Below, one piece after another: positions 8,954 through 17,389 of a stretch of DNA of 36,575 nucleotides (the stretch's first letter is position 1; the number at the start of each line of letters is the position of its first letter). A program made the translations under genes and the position numbers. Source of the DNA: an uncultured Bacteroidales bacterium (lineage in GTDB: Bacteria > Bacteroidota > Bacteroidia > Bacteroidales > ML635J-15); the NCBI GenBank assembly GCA_905233405.1, contig CAJOEG010000001.1, forward strand, positions 1 through 36,575. Direction: 5' to 3'. The notes under the pieces are model-generated. The model worked only from the letters and a program-made list of their open reading frames with translations, had not been told where the DNA came from and made no database searches.

Positions 8954-9097
8954 TATTATGAACTCCTGTTCAGCCAACTCCACAAGGTCGCTGTGCTTGG
9001 TTCCTGTTTTTTTCAGCAGGAGTTTAAGCAGTTCCTCGCTCTGTCGGCGGACAGCATCGCGTTCAACAGCCTTCTTTGTAGTTTTTGTAGTTGCCAT
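8933..9097 (-). CDS. 54-codon ORF, a possible 5' part of the PIN-associated antitoxin gene that has been truncated by the 92-bp repeat.
   Basis: It runs from the ATG at 9097 to the TGA at 8933 and encodes MATTKTTKKAVERDAVRRQSEELLKLLLKKTGTKHSDLVELAEQEFIINLHKNY. It is too short for the ORF track. It is in the same frame as the open 17-codon stretch that ends in a TGA overlapping the PIN ATG. Its last 7 codons lie inside the repeat. Confidence 0.4.
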   Translation of the reverse strand: MATTKTTKKAVERDAVRRQSEELLKLLLKKTGTKHSDLVELAEQEFIINLHKNY

Positions 9098-9111
9098 AAT
9101 TTAATTTTTTG

Positions 9112-9145
9112 AATTTATAATTGATAATTTATAATTGACAATTTG
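9112..9145. promoter_or_regulatory. 14-nt direct repeats (AATTTATAATTGA x2 plus a partial copy) just upstream of the small antitoxin-like ORF. Candidate operator or promoter.
   Basis: The repeats are aatttataattga at 9112-9124 and 9126-9138, then aatttg at 9140-9145. They lie 15-48 nt upstream of the ATG at 9097 on the minus strand. Confidence 0.35.
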
Positions 9146-9397
9146 TGGTGGTCGTGGCACGCCACAACACCATACCGCAAAAATTTATGCTGTTCATTTC
9201 AGTCATTCCGTTAAATTTTAATATTTCAAATATGCCGTCACACCATAATAATACAACGGCAAAATCCTTGGAAAACAGCGCCTTGTCATCCATTAAAGAA
9301 TTTGTAGGACAACAATAAGCAACAATTATTCCATAAGAAGCGCAAAATTACAATAAATCTACGATTTACATCATAAAATTTTAGATTTTTTTAAATT

Positions 9398-9560
9398 GGG
9401 CTACGCCCGTTTGATGGCTTCGCCTGTTTCAATGTTTCTGGGTTTGAATGCCTGCGGCGTTTCAGGGCTGACGCCGTTTGAAGGTTTGATGGGCTACGCC
9501 CGTTTTAAGGCTTCTAGGTTTCTGTGGCTACGCCGTTTGAATGGCTGACGCCGTTTGAAG
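9398..9560. repeat. Intergenic periodic array D: about 7 long units (GC mini-hairpin GGCNNNGCC followed by GTTTNNNN) interleaved with short GTTTNNNN units.
   Basis: The mini-hairpins are gggctacgccc 9398-9408, ggcttcgcc 9416-9424, gcctgcggc 9450-9458, ggctgacgcc 9466-9475, gggctacgccc 9491-9501, ggctacgcc 9526-9534 and ggctgacgcc 9543-9552. Each is followed directly by GTTT, or by TGTTT in one unit (9416-9424). Confidence 0.9.
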
Positions 9561-9626
9561 TTTTTTGGTTGTTTAGAATTGTTTTTATGTTATCACCGTG
9601 TCGTTTGTTTGTCTGTTAGGCTTGCA

Positions 9627-9662
9627 GGCTCAAAGGCTTAAAGCCTTTTGGGACTTTGAGCC
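9627..9662 (-). terminator. Candidate terminator hairpin(s) downstream of parC.
   Basis: The palindrome aaaggct-taa-agccttt (9632-9648) is nested within ggctcaaag (9627-9635) and ctttgagcc (9654-9662, with a second copy at 9670-9678). It begins 25 nt past the parC stop. There is no clear U-tract. Confidence 0.35.
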
Positions 9663-9686
9663 TTATCTTCTTTGAGCCTTTTCGCC

Positions 9687-12314
9687 CTAAAACAGACTCA
9701 TCTGTGTTCCGCTATCAGGAATAAATTCGTCGTCGGAAGTTGGAGTTTCCTCTGCTTGTGGCTCTTCCTCTGGAATTTCATCTTCGGGCTTGACAAGCGG
9801 TTCAATGAAGCAAATTTCTTTAACTGCGTATGTGGTAAGTCGTTTGCCACGGGCTGTGATACCCTTTACACCGATAAACTCTTCTGCATCGATAATTTCA
9901 GGCTCGCGCTTTTCGTCCTTGCCGCCAAAGGTTATCTTAAGCTGCGGATGCTTGTCCTCGCTTACTGCTAGCATATACGAACCTTCGTATTCCGAAACAA
10001 ACGACTGCGGTTTGGTCATTTCCTGAACATTGAAACGCTTCAAATAATAGAAGTTCTGCTCGGCATCGAAATGAACGGCAGTGAAAACCTTGTCGGCCTT
10101 GTACTTCTCGATTATGAGAATGTCGTCGTTGTAGTGGTTAGAGAGGTCGAAGTTGGTGAAAATGCAGTCGCCGGCATTGGTGACAACGAGAATCTTGTCG
10201 GTTCCCGAAAATTCGCCTATATACTGACCACGACCATCGACATTAAGACGCAAAACATCCTTGTCGAACCATATCTTGCGGCCGCCAAGTGTAGAAACGC
10301 CTTCCTCCTTCTGGGTTATCTTGTGAATTTCGGTACGTGCGAAAATATTACCCTGAGCATCGCGGTTCTTGATGGCAATGTCCTTGAAATCGACCTCGAA
10401 TGTAAGTTTGCGCAGTTTCGGCTTCGGCTTCAACTTGCACGAGATAACCTCGGCTTCACCATTCGGATTTGCCTTGAAATACAATAACTTGGAACCAGGA
10501 GTGCCCTTGGTCATGTCGTATTCCTTGTCGCGGATAACATTGGTAATTGCAAAACGCTTGATGTATGATGTTGCCGACTTTCCATCGCGGTAAACCACAT
10601 TGTAGATGGTGCGCTTGTCGTTCTTGCGGTACACAGCCACATATATTATGCCCTTGCCGAAGAATGCCTTGTCGGTAACCTTGGAAACCTGATATTTTCC
10701 ATCCTCGTGAATTACAATGATGTCGTCGATGTCGGAACAGTCGCACACATATTCGTCCTTCTTCAAGCCATAGCCTACAAAACCTTCCTCCCAGTTGATA
10801 TAAAGTTTTTCGTTAGCAACGGCTACCTCGCCTGCATCAATCGAATCGAAGTTGCGGATTTCAGTCTTGCGGTCGCGACCGGCACCGTATTTTTCCTTAA
10901 TGTGCTGGTAGTAATTGATGGTGTAATCGACAATATGGTCGAGATCGTTCTGCACGGCCTTTATCTGTTCCTGTATTGCTATCAAGTCCTCGTCGGCCTT
11001 CTCGATGTTGAAGCGGAGAATGCGTTTCATCCTTATTTCTAACAACTTCAGAATATCTTCGGTTGTGACCTCGCGCATAAGTTTCAGTTTGTGGGCGATA
11101 ATCTTGGAATGAATGAACTCGACTGCTTCATCGTTAGACCCAGCATTTTCGTAAGCCTTTTCCTTGTAGATGCGCTTTTCGATGAACCATTTTTCGAGCG
11201 ACTGGTAATGCCATTGCTCCTCGAGTTCGCTCTTCTTGATTTTCAGTTCCTGACGAAGCAGTTCCAATGTATTGCGTACTGAAGCTTCAAGGATTTCGGT
11301 TACCGAAGCAAATCTCGGCTTGTCCTCCTCAATTACGCAGGCATTTGGCGACACCGAAACCTGACAGTTTGTAAACGCATAGAGTGCATCTATTGTAACA
11401 TCGGCAGAAACGCCTGGCTGCAATTCTATCAAGATTTCGGCTTCCTCGGCGGTGTTGTCGTCAACCTTCTTGATTTTTATTTTGCCCTTTTCGTTGGCTT
11501 TCAAGATGGTATCGATGATGCCGCCAGTTGTCTGTCCGTAAGGTATTTCCTTGATTGCCAATGTTTTCTTGTCAACCTTCTCGATTTTTGCACGGATGAG
11601 CAGTTTTCCTCCGCGCTGACCGTCGTTGTAGCGGCTCACATCGATAAGTCCGCCAGTCGGGAAGTCGGGATAAAGTTGTACAGGTTCGTCCCTGAGCACT
11701 GCTATACAACCATCGAGCAATTCGTTGAAGTTGTGTGGCAGTACTATCGAGTTGAGACCTACTGCAATACCTTCTACGCCCTGAGCCAGCAGCAACGGGA
11801 ACTTAATCGGCAGATTTATAGGTTCCTGCTTACGTCCGTCGTACGAATCCTTCCAGAAAGTAGTCTTGTTGTTGAAAGCCACCTCAAGGGCAAACTTCGA
11901 AAGTCGTGCCTCGATGTAACGAGGTGCTGCTGCGCTGTCGCCGGTGAGTATGTTACCCCAGTTACCCTGAGTTTCAATGAGCAGGTCTTTTTGTCCCATC
12001 TGCACCAATGCACCACCGATTGCGGCATCGCCGTGCGGGTGGTACTGCATTGTCTGACCGACAATGTTAGCCACCTTGTTGAAACGACCGTCGTCTATCT
12101 GCTTCATTGCGTGAAGGATACGGCGCTGTACGGGTTTCAGTCCGTCGTAGATATGCGGCACTGCGCGTTCGAGGATTACATACGAAGCGTAGTCCAGAAA
12201 CCAGTTCTGGAACATATTCTTCATACGGGTAATGGTAACGCCAGTTTCGGGATTCTGTTCAACCTCGATAACATTGGTTTCGTCCTGCGGTATATTCTTG
12301 TTTTCGTCGTCCAT
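9687..12314 (-). CDS. parC: DNA topoisomerase IV subunit A.
   Basis: The 875-aa protein has the type IIA A-subunit motifs: YASYVILERAVPHIYDGLKPVQRRILHAM, the active-site region AAAPRYIEARL, and a C-terminal beta-pinwheel region. It is co-oriented directly downstream of the B subunit. Its length and N-terminus fit the Bacteroidota ParC type rather than GyrA. Confidence 0.9.
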   Translation of the reverse strand: MDDENKNIPQDETNVIEVEQNPETGVTITRMKNMFQNWFLDYASYVILERAVPHIYDGLKPVQRRILHAMKQIDDGRFNKVANIVGQTMQYHPHGDAAIGGALVQMGQKDLLIETQGNWGNILTGDSAAAPRYIEARLSKFALEVAFNNKTTFWKDSYDGRKQEPINLPIKFPLLLAQGVEGIAVGLNSIVLPHNFNELLDGCIAVLRDEPVQLYPDFPTGGLIDVSRYNDGQRGGKLLIRAKIEKVDKKTLAIKEIPYGQTTGGIIDTILKANEKGKIKIKKVDDNTAEEAEILIELQPGVSADVTIDALYAFTNCQVSVSPNACVIEEDKPRFASVTEILEASVRNTLELLRQELKIKKSELEEQWHYQSLEKWFIEKRIYKEKAYENAGSNDEAVEFIHSKIIAHKLKLMREVTTEDILKLLEIRMKRILRFNIEKADEDLIAIQEQIKAVQNDLDHIVDYTINYYQHIKEKYGAGRDRKTEIRNFDSIDAGEVAVANEKLYINWEEGFVGYGLKKDEYVCDCSDIDDIIVIHEDGKYQVSKVTDKAFFGKGIIYVAVYRKNDKRTIYNVVYRDGKSATSYIKRFAITNVIRDKEYDMTKGTPGSKLLYFKANPNGEAEVISCKLKPKPKLRKLTFEVDFKDIAIKNRDAQGNIFARTEIHKITQKEEGVSTLGGRKIWFDKDVLRLNVDGRGQYIGEFSGTDKILVVTNAGDCIFTNFDLSNHYNDDILIIEKYKADKVFTAVHFDAEQNFYYLKRFNVQEMTKPQSFVSEYEGSYMLAVSEDKHPQLKITFGGKDEKREPEIIDAEEFIGVKGITARGKRLTTYAVKEICFIEPLVKPEDEIPEEEPQAEETPTSDDEFIPDSGTQMSLF

Positions 12315-12456
12315 AATCTATTTTGAAATGTTTTATATGGAAATAAGTTGTCGATACATAAAACCGAACCGAGTCGCTCCCTGAGCGGAGTCGAAGGGTC
12401 GATTGGTCGGTTTCTGATGTGACATTATATAAAAGTTATTGATAATCATAAACTTT

Positions 12457-14313
12457 TTAGTCTTCTTCCATCCTAAGGTTCTCGATAATGAAGTTCTGGC
12501 GCTCCTGCGTGTTGTTACCCATAAAATAGTCGAGCAGAGCCTTTATGTTGTCGTCCTTCGACAGGGTAACGGGCGAAAGCTTCATATCGGGACCGATGAA
12601 GTTCTTGAATTCCTGCCAGTTGATTTCACCGAGACCTTTGAATCGTGTGGTTTCCGAATTCTTCTCGTCGCGTTCACTTTCGGTGTAGCAGTACTTGGTC
12701 TCCTGCTTGTTGCGCACGCGGAAAAGCGGCGTTTCGAGGATAAACAAGTGCCCCTGCTTGATTATGTCGGGGAAGAACTGCAGGAAGAAGGTTATCAACA
12801 GCAATCTAATGTGCATACCGTCGACATCGGCATCGGTAGCGATTACAACATTGCGGTAGCGGATATTGTCGATTCCCTCCTCGATGTTGAGTGCGGCCTG
12901 CAAAAGGTTGAACTCGTCGTTCTCGTAAACCACCTTTTTGGTCTTGCCGTACGAGTTGAGCGGCTTACCGCGCAAACTGAAGACTGCCTGAGTGGTAACA
13001 TCGCGGCTCTTGGTGATTGAACCGCTTGCCGAATCGCCCTCGGTGATGAAGATTGTACTTTCGTCACGGCGAGGATTGTTGCTATTGTAGTGAATACGGC
13101 AGTCGCGGAGTTTCTCGTTGTGCAGGCTAACCTTCTTGGCCTTTTCGCGGGCGAGTTTCTGTACCCCAGACATTGCCTTGCGCTCCTTTTCCGACGACTG
13201 AATCTTCTCAAACATCTTGTCGGAAACTTCCTTGTTCTTGTGCAGATAGTTATCGACTTCGCGCTTGATAAAGTCACCGATGAACTTGTTGACGCTTACG
13301 CCAGACAGCGGATAAGGATTACCATCTTCATCTTTCTCTGGGGCCATATTTGCAGAGCCGAGCTTAATTTTTGTCTGGCTTTCGAAAGTAGGTTCAATGA
13401 CATTTATAGCGATGGCAGCTACAATTCCGCTACGAATGTCCTGCGGCTCGAAATTTTTGCCGTAGTATTCCTTGATGGTGCGGGCAATGTGCTCCTTGAA
13501 TGCGCTTTGGTGAGTACCACCCTGCGAGGTGTATTGTCCGTTTACAAACGAATAGTATTCCTCGCCGTTCTGGTCGGTGTGTGTGAATGCAATCTCGATG
13601 TCGTCGCCCTTGAGGTGGATATGCGGATAAAGCGGTTCCGAATTGTGGCGTTCTTTCACAAGGTCGAGAAGACCGTTTTTTGAAATGTACTTTTTGCCGT
13701 TGAAATTGAGTGTAAGCCCTGTGTTAAGGTAGCTATAGTTGCGGAACATCGTCTCGAGGTATTCTTCGCGGAAGCGGTAGTGTCCGAAAATCTCCTCGTC
13801 TGGGGTAAATTCCACATATGTACCGTTCTTTTCGGTTGTCGGAACAAGGTCGTATTCCTTTATCAGTTTGCCCTTCTCAAAATCGGCTTGCTTCACCTGT
13901 CCGTCGCGGAACGACTTTACCGTAAATTTTACTGAAAGTGCATTTACCGCCTTGGTACCGACACCGTTAAGTCCGACGGACTTCTGGAAAGCCTTGGAGT
14001 CGTACTTACCGCCGGTGTTCATTATTGAAACAGCGTCAATCATCTTTCCCTGCGGAATTCCTCGTCCGAAATCGCGAACCGAAATGGTATTTTCGCGCAG
14101 TTTGATTTCGATATTAAGCCCGAAGTGCATACGGAACTCGTCGATAGAGTTGTCGATGACTTCCTTCACGAGCACATAGATACCGTCGTCGGAAGCCTCG
14201 CCGTTGCCGAGCTTGCCAATGTACATACCCGGACGCAGACGCACATGCTCGAGACCTTCGAGGGTGCGAATGTTGTCGTCGGTGTAGTTGTTTATGTTGT
14301 TGTTTTCTGCCAT
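12457..14313 (-). CDS. parE: DNA topoisomerase IV subunit B.
   Basis: The 618-aa protein has the GHKL ATPase N-terminus ([16 protein letters not shown] ... EVIDNSIDE), the Toprim motifs ([23 protein letters not shown]) and GLGE. Confidence 0.9.
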   Translation of the reverse strand: MAENNNINNYTDDNIRTLEGLEHVRLRPGMYIGKLGNGEASDDGIYVLVKEVIDNSIDEFRMHFGLNIEIKLRENTISVRDFGRGIPQGKMIDAVSIMNTGGKYDSKAFQKSVGLNGVGTKAVNALSVKFTVKSFRDGQVKQADFEKGKLIKEYDLVPTTEKNGTYVEFTPDEEIFGHYRFREEYLETMFRNYSYLNTGLTLNFNGKKYISKNGLLDLVKERHNSEPLYPHIHLKGDDIEIAFTHTDQNGEEYYSFVNGQYTSQGGTHQSAFKEHIARTIKEYYGKNFEPQDIRSGIVAAIAINVIEPTFESQTKIKLGSANMAPEKDEDGNPYPLSGVSVNKFIGDFIKREVDNYLHKNKEVSDKMFEKIQSSEKERKAMSGVQKLAREKAKKVSLHNEKLRDCRIHYNSNNPRRDESTIFITEGDSASGSITKSRDVTTQAVFSLRGKPLNSYGKTKKVVYENDEFNLLQAALNIEEGIDNIRYRNVVIATDADVDGMHIRLLLITFFLQFFPDIIKQGHLFILETPLFRVRNKQETKYCYTESERDEKNSETTRFKGLGEINWQEFKNFIGPDMKLSPVTLSKDDNIKALLDYFMGNNTQERQNFIIENLRMEED

Positions 14314-14333
14314 TGAACAAAATTTTTGCTTTG

Positions 14334-14341
14334 CAAAAATA
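14334..14341 (-). promoter_or_regulatory. Candidate -7 promoter box (TATTTTTG) for parE.
   Basis: Matches TAnnTTTG on the minus strand, 21 nt upstream of the ATG at 14313. Confidence 0.45.
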
Positions 14342-14551
14342 CAACACCGCTACGCCAAAATCTGACCTATACCTTATTTTTAATTAACAAAGTGGGTGTT
14401 AATTACGGAATGAGTTATTAAGGACCTTATAAATTCATAGGAAAGGCTAATATTTTACATAAAAAATTTCGATAGTTGAATGTGCATGTACAGATAATAC
14501 AGAAACAGAACGTCTCGTAGAGCAAATATTGTTTAGATGCAAAATTTTTCC

Positions 14552-14559
14552 TACCTTTG
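14552..14559 (+). promoter_or_regulatory. Candidate -7 promoter box (TACCTTTG) for the partner-switching operon.
   Basis: Matches TAnnTTTG, 22 nt upstream of the ATG at 14581. Confidence 0.45.
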
Positions 14560-14580
14560 TAGCCTTAAATTTTGATTCAA

Positions 14581-14991
14581 ATGAAGAAACTTTTCAACCC
14601 TATCAAGGACAAGAGCGGCGAGATAATCGAATGCTTGATGTCGTCGCCGGATATGCCAACAGATGAAGATTTGCGCTTCAAGTTGAGACTTTCAATAGAA
14701 GAAACAGTAGAGAATGTTGTGCAGTATGCCTACAAGGACAGCATCGGCTGGATGGAAGTGGAAACCAACCTCGACGAAAAGGGGTTCTTGCTTACGGTTA
14801 CGTTAAAGGATGCCGGCAAAAAGTTTAATCCATTAGAGATGCCCGATCCTGACGTAAACTTGCCGCTCGAGGAGCGTGAAATAGGCGGACTTGGCATTTT
14901 CCTGTGCAAGCAGTTTATGGACGAAGTGGAATACCATTACGAGGACGGCTGCAACATACTTACAATGAAGAAAAACATCGCAAAACAGTAG
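14581..14991 (+). CDS. RsbW/SpoIIAB-like anti-sigma regulatory serine kinase (HATPase_c).
   Basis: It has an N-box (EETVENVVQYAY), a G1 motif (KDAGKKFNP) and a G2 motif (GGLGIFLCKQFMD). The track start at 14572 is a TTG, so the ATG at 14581 is more likely. Confidence 0.85.
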   Translation: MKKLFNPIKDKSGEIIECLMSSPDMPTDEDLRFKLRLSIEETVENVVQYAYKDSIGWMEVETNLDEKGFLLTVTLKDAGKKFNPLEMPDPDVNLPLEEREIGGLGIFLCKQFMDEVEYHYEDGCNILTMKKNIAKQ

Positions 14992-14995
14992 CATT

Positions 14996-16894
14996 ATGTG
15001 GTTCTCAAAATCATTTTCCACAAGGCTTAGCCTAAATGTGCTGCTGATAGTGACGATATTCTTTATCGTCGTGCTCGGAATAGTAGCGGTGTCATCGCAT
15101 TTGCTGATTTCCGAAGAGGCCACACGAAGCGCATCAAATATCCTAAAAGCCAACATACTGGATATTGAGAAGACCTTGCAGACAGTGGAGTCAACAGTAA
15201 AGGATGCCTCGTGGCTCGCCAAGGAAAACAAAGACAGCGAAAAATATCTTTACCATATAACCCAGAAGGTTGTTGACGAAAATTCCAACATTATAGGTAG
15301 CGCAATAGCATTCGATTCGTGCTATTTCAATGGACGGCATTTCTTCTCGCCATACTCGTACGAAGACCCCGAAACAGGAGAACTGAAAAGCAAGGAACTC
15401 GGTTCTGTCGAAAACGACTATTTCACGCAGGAATGGTACACAGTGCCTAAGGAGTCAGGACAACCGTACTGGAGCGAACCTTACTTCGATGCTGGCGGTG
15501 GTGAACAGATGATGACAACCTACAGCTATCCGATAAAGGACAGCGCAGGCACAATCTACGCCATTATTACAGCCGACATTTCGCTTGATTGGCTTTCGAA
15601 GAAAATTGACCAGATACATCCTTATGAGCATTCGTTTACAACGCTTTTAAGTGCCAATGGCAGATACCTTTCGGCTGGTTGGCAGGCTAATCTGGCCAGC
15701 GAAACAGCGTTTACCTATGCCGAAAAGTTGGATGACCCGCGCGTATTGGAGATTTCGAAGAATATGGTTGCCGGCGACAGCGGAACTATGCGCTTCTGGG
15801 TAGGCAGTAAACTCAGCTTTGCCGTTTACGGTCCTCTTTCTAACGGCTGGTCAATGGCAATCAACTGCGAGTATGGTGATGTACTCGAACGCTCTTCGCA
15901 AATGCATATGATGTTGATTATTGTCGGATTGCTAGGACTGCTTATCATGTTCATAATGTGCTACTTCAAGATACGGCAGTTGACCCAGCCTCTAAAGGAT
16001 TTCTCGGCTTCGGCGTTAAATATCGCAAAGGGTGATTTCAATGCAAAGCTCCCCGAAGTGAAGTCGAAGGACGAAATACTGCAGCTTCACGACTCGCTGG
16101 CTTATATGCAGCAGTCAATTGTTACCTATCTGGAACAGATTGAGACGGCAACATCGGCCAAGAAGCGCATGGAGACACAATTGTACATCGGACAGAAAAT
16201 ACAGGAGGGAATGCTTCCGAAAAATTTCCCCAACGACAGCCGATGCTCGCTCAATGCCAAGGTAATTCCTGCAAAGGAAGTCGGCGGCGACCTGTACGAC
16301 TTCACCATAAACGACAACCGCCTCTATTTCTCTGTGGGTGATGTTTCTGGCAAGGGCGTGCCTGCAGCCTTCGTAATGGCAATAACAAGGGTTATGTGCC
16401 ACCTGTTTGCCGACCTTGGATTATCGGTACAGGAAATCGCTACGAGGATAAACAACAGCGTTGCCAAGAACAACGATGCAAATATGTTCGTGACCTTGTT
16501 TGTGGGTTGTATAAACTTAGAAACTAAACAGTTAGAATACTGCAATGCTGGACACAACCCGATAATTGTCATTCCTCCCGACGAAAATCCGTACTACCTG
16601 AAGGCTATTCCTAATATGGCTGTTGGCGTATGGAGCGGTTTCGAATACAAGAGCGAAAACTTGGATTTGCGTCCCGGCACAAAGCTTCTGCTTTACACCG
16701 ACGGTGTAAACGAAGCCGAAAAAGCCGACAAGGATCAGTTTGGCGAGGAGAGACTTCTGCAACTGGTATCGAAGCCTAATTTTAGGAATCTAAACTCAGA
16801 AGATATGGTTTCGGCGGTTTATAGTGCCGTAACCGACTTTGCAGGTGACAACGAACAGAACGATGACATTACAATTTTTGCAATAACAATATAA
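14996..16894 (+). CDS. Membrane sensor PP2C/SpoIIE-family phosphatase (TM, Cache-like periplasmic domain, TM, HAMP, PP2C), RsbU-like.
   Basis: Two hydrophobic segments lie at about aa 10-35 and 300-322. A Cache-like segment (EWY...YWSEPYFDAGGGEQMMTTYSYPI) sits between them. The PP2C motifs are GGDLYDF, GDVSGKGVPAAFVM, NAGHNP, TDGVNEA and DDITIF. Confidence 0.9.
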   Translation: MWFSKSFSTRLSLNVLLIVTIFFIVVLGIVAVSSHLLISEEATRSASNILKANILDIEKTLQTVESTVKDASWLAKENKDSEKYLYHITQKVVDENSNIIGSAIAFDSCYFNGRHFFSPYSYEDPETGELKSKELGSVENDYFTQEWYTVPKESGQPYWSEPYFDAGGGEQMMTTYSYPIKDSAGTIYAIITADISLDWLSKKIDQIHPYEHSFTTLLSANGRYLSAGWQANLASETAFTYAEKLDDPRVLEISKNMVAGDSGTMRFWVGSKLSFAVYGPLSNGWSMAINCEYGDVLERSSQMHMMLIIVGLLGLLIMFIMCYFKIRQLTQPLKDFSASALNIAKGDFNAKLPEVKSKDEILQLHDSLAYMQQSIVTYLEQIETATSAKKRMETQLYIGQKIQEGMLPKNFPNDSRCSLNAKVIPAKEVGGDLYDFTINDNRLYFSVGDVSGKGVPAAFVMAITRVMCHLFADLGLSVQEIATRINNSVAKNNDANMFVTLFVGCINLETKQLEYCNAGHNPIIVIPPDENPYYLKAIPNMAVGVWSGFEYKSENLDLRPGTKLLLYTDGVNEAEKADKDQFGEERLLQLVSKPNFRNLNSEDMVSAVYSAVTDFAGDNEQNDDITIFAITI

Positions 16895-16904
16895 TTACGA
16901 GATT

Positions 16905-17207
16905 ATGGAAGTTAAGATAGAAAAAATCGAAGATAAAACTATGGTAGTGTTGAACGGACGACTTGACACCACCAACGCCGATAAGTTCCAGCAGGACATT
17001 GCTCCGCTTATGCAAGGCGATGCACCGAACATTGAAATTGACTGCACCGATATGGAATACACTTCAAGCCAAGGACTTAGACTGTTCCTTATGCTTCAGA
17101 AAAGTGTTGTGGCACGCAAGGGCAACCTTGTGATGCGCAATATGAAACCCAATGTAAAGGAAGTGTTCGACATTACAGGTTTCTCGAATATCATAAGGAT
17201 AATCTGA
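16905..17207 (+). CDS. STAS-domain anti-sigma-factor antagonist (RsbV/SpoIIAA-like).
   Basis: The 100-aa protein has GRLDTTNADKF and the phosphorylatable-serine context MEYTSSQGLRLFL. It starts 10 nt after the phosphatase gene. Confidence 0.85.
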   Translation: MEVKIEKIEDKTMVVLNGRLDTTNADKFQQDIAPLMQGDAPNIEIDCTDMEYTSSQGLRLFLMLQKSVVARKGNLVMRNMKPNVKEVFDITGFSNIIRII

Positions 17208-17389
17208 TAGGTGCAGTCGCAAAAGCGGCGAATGAACCCGAAGTGGTTTTGACGAGGAAAACTTGCTCGTTAACCATTTCGTTATCGATATGATTCCGTG
17301 GCTGGTACAACACAATGGATTTAAGATTGCCAGCCATTTTGCCATCAAAATTTTGAGCATTATGCTGTTGTATCTAAAATTTTTTTACT

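Noticed and set aside
9172-9336. Small ORFs in the 580-bp non-coding stretch, for example the minus-strand 54-codon MDDKALFSKDFAVVLLWCDGIF...WRATTTTNCQL and the plus-strand 43-codon MLFISVIPLNF....
   Set aside because: They have no motifs, and one of them reads through the GC palindrome (the WRATT string is a typical palindrome translation artefact). There is no promoter box. They are probably non-coding.
7136-9560. The periodic arrays considered as CRISPR arrays or as integron attC sites.
   Set aside because: The units are 7-18 nt with no unique spacers of 25-40 nt, so they are not CRISPR. No GTTRRRY / RYYYAAC core pair, no bulged attC-type imperfect palindrome and no integrase gene is visible. 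The integron comparison is therefore kept only as a loose analogy.
17191-17337. A 48-codon minus-strand ORF (MAGNLKSIVLYQPRNHIDNEMVNEQVFLVKTTSGSFAAFATAPIRLSL) convergent with the STAS gene and overlapping its end, lying just downstream of the reverse complement of repeat copy 2.
   Set aside because: It has no recognisable motif or -7 box, it overlaps the STAS stop region, and it is below any sensible length threshold. I noted it only because of its position next to the 92-bp repeat.
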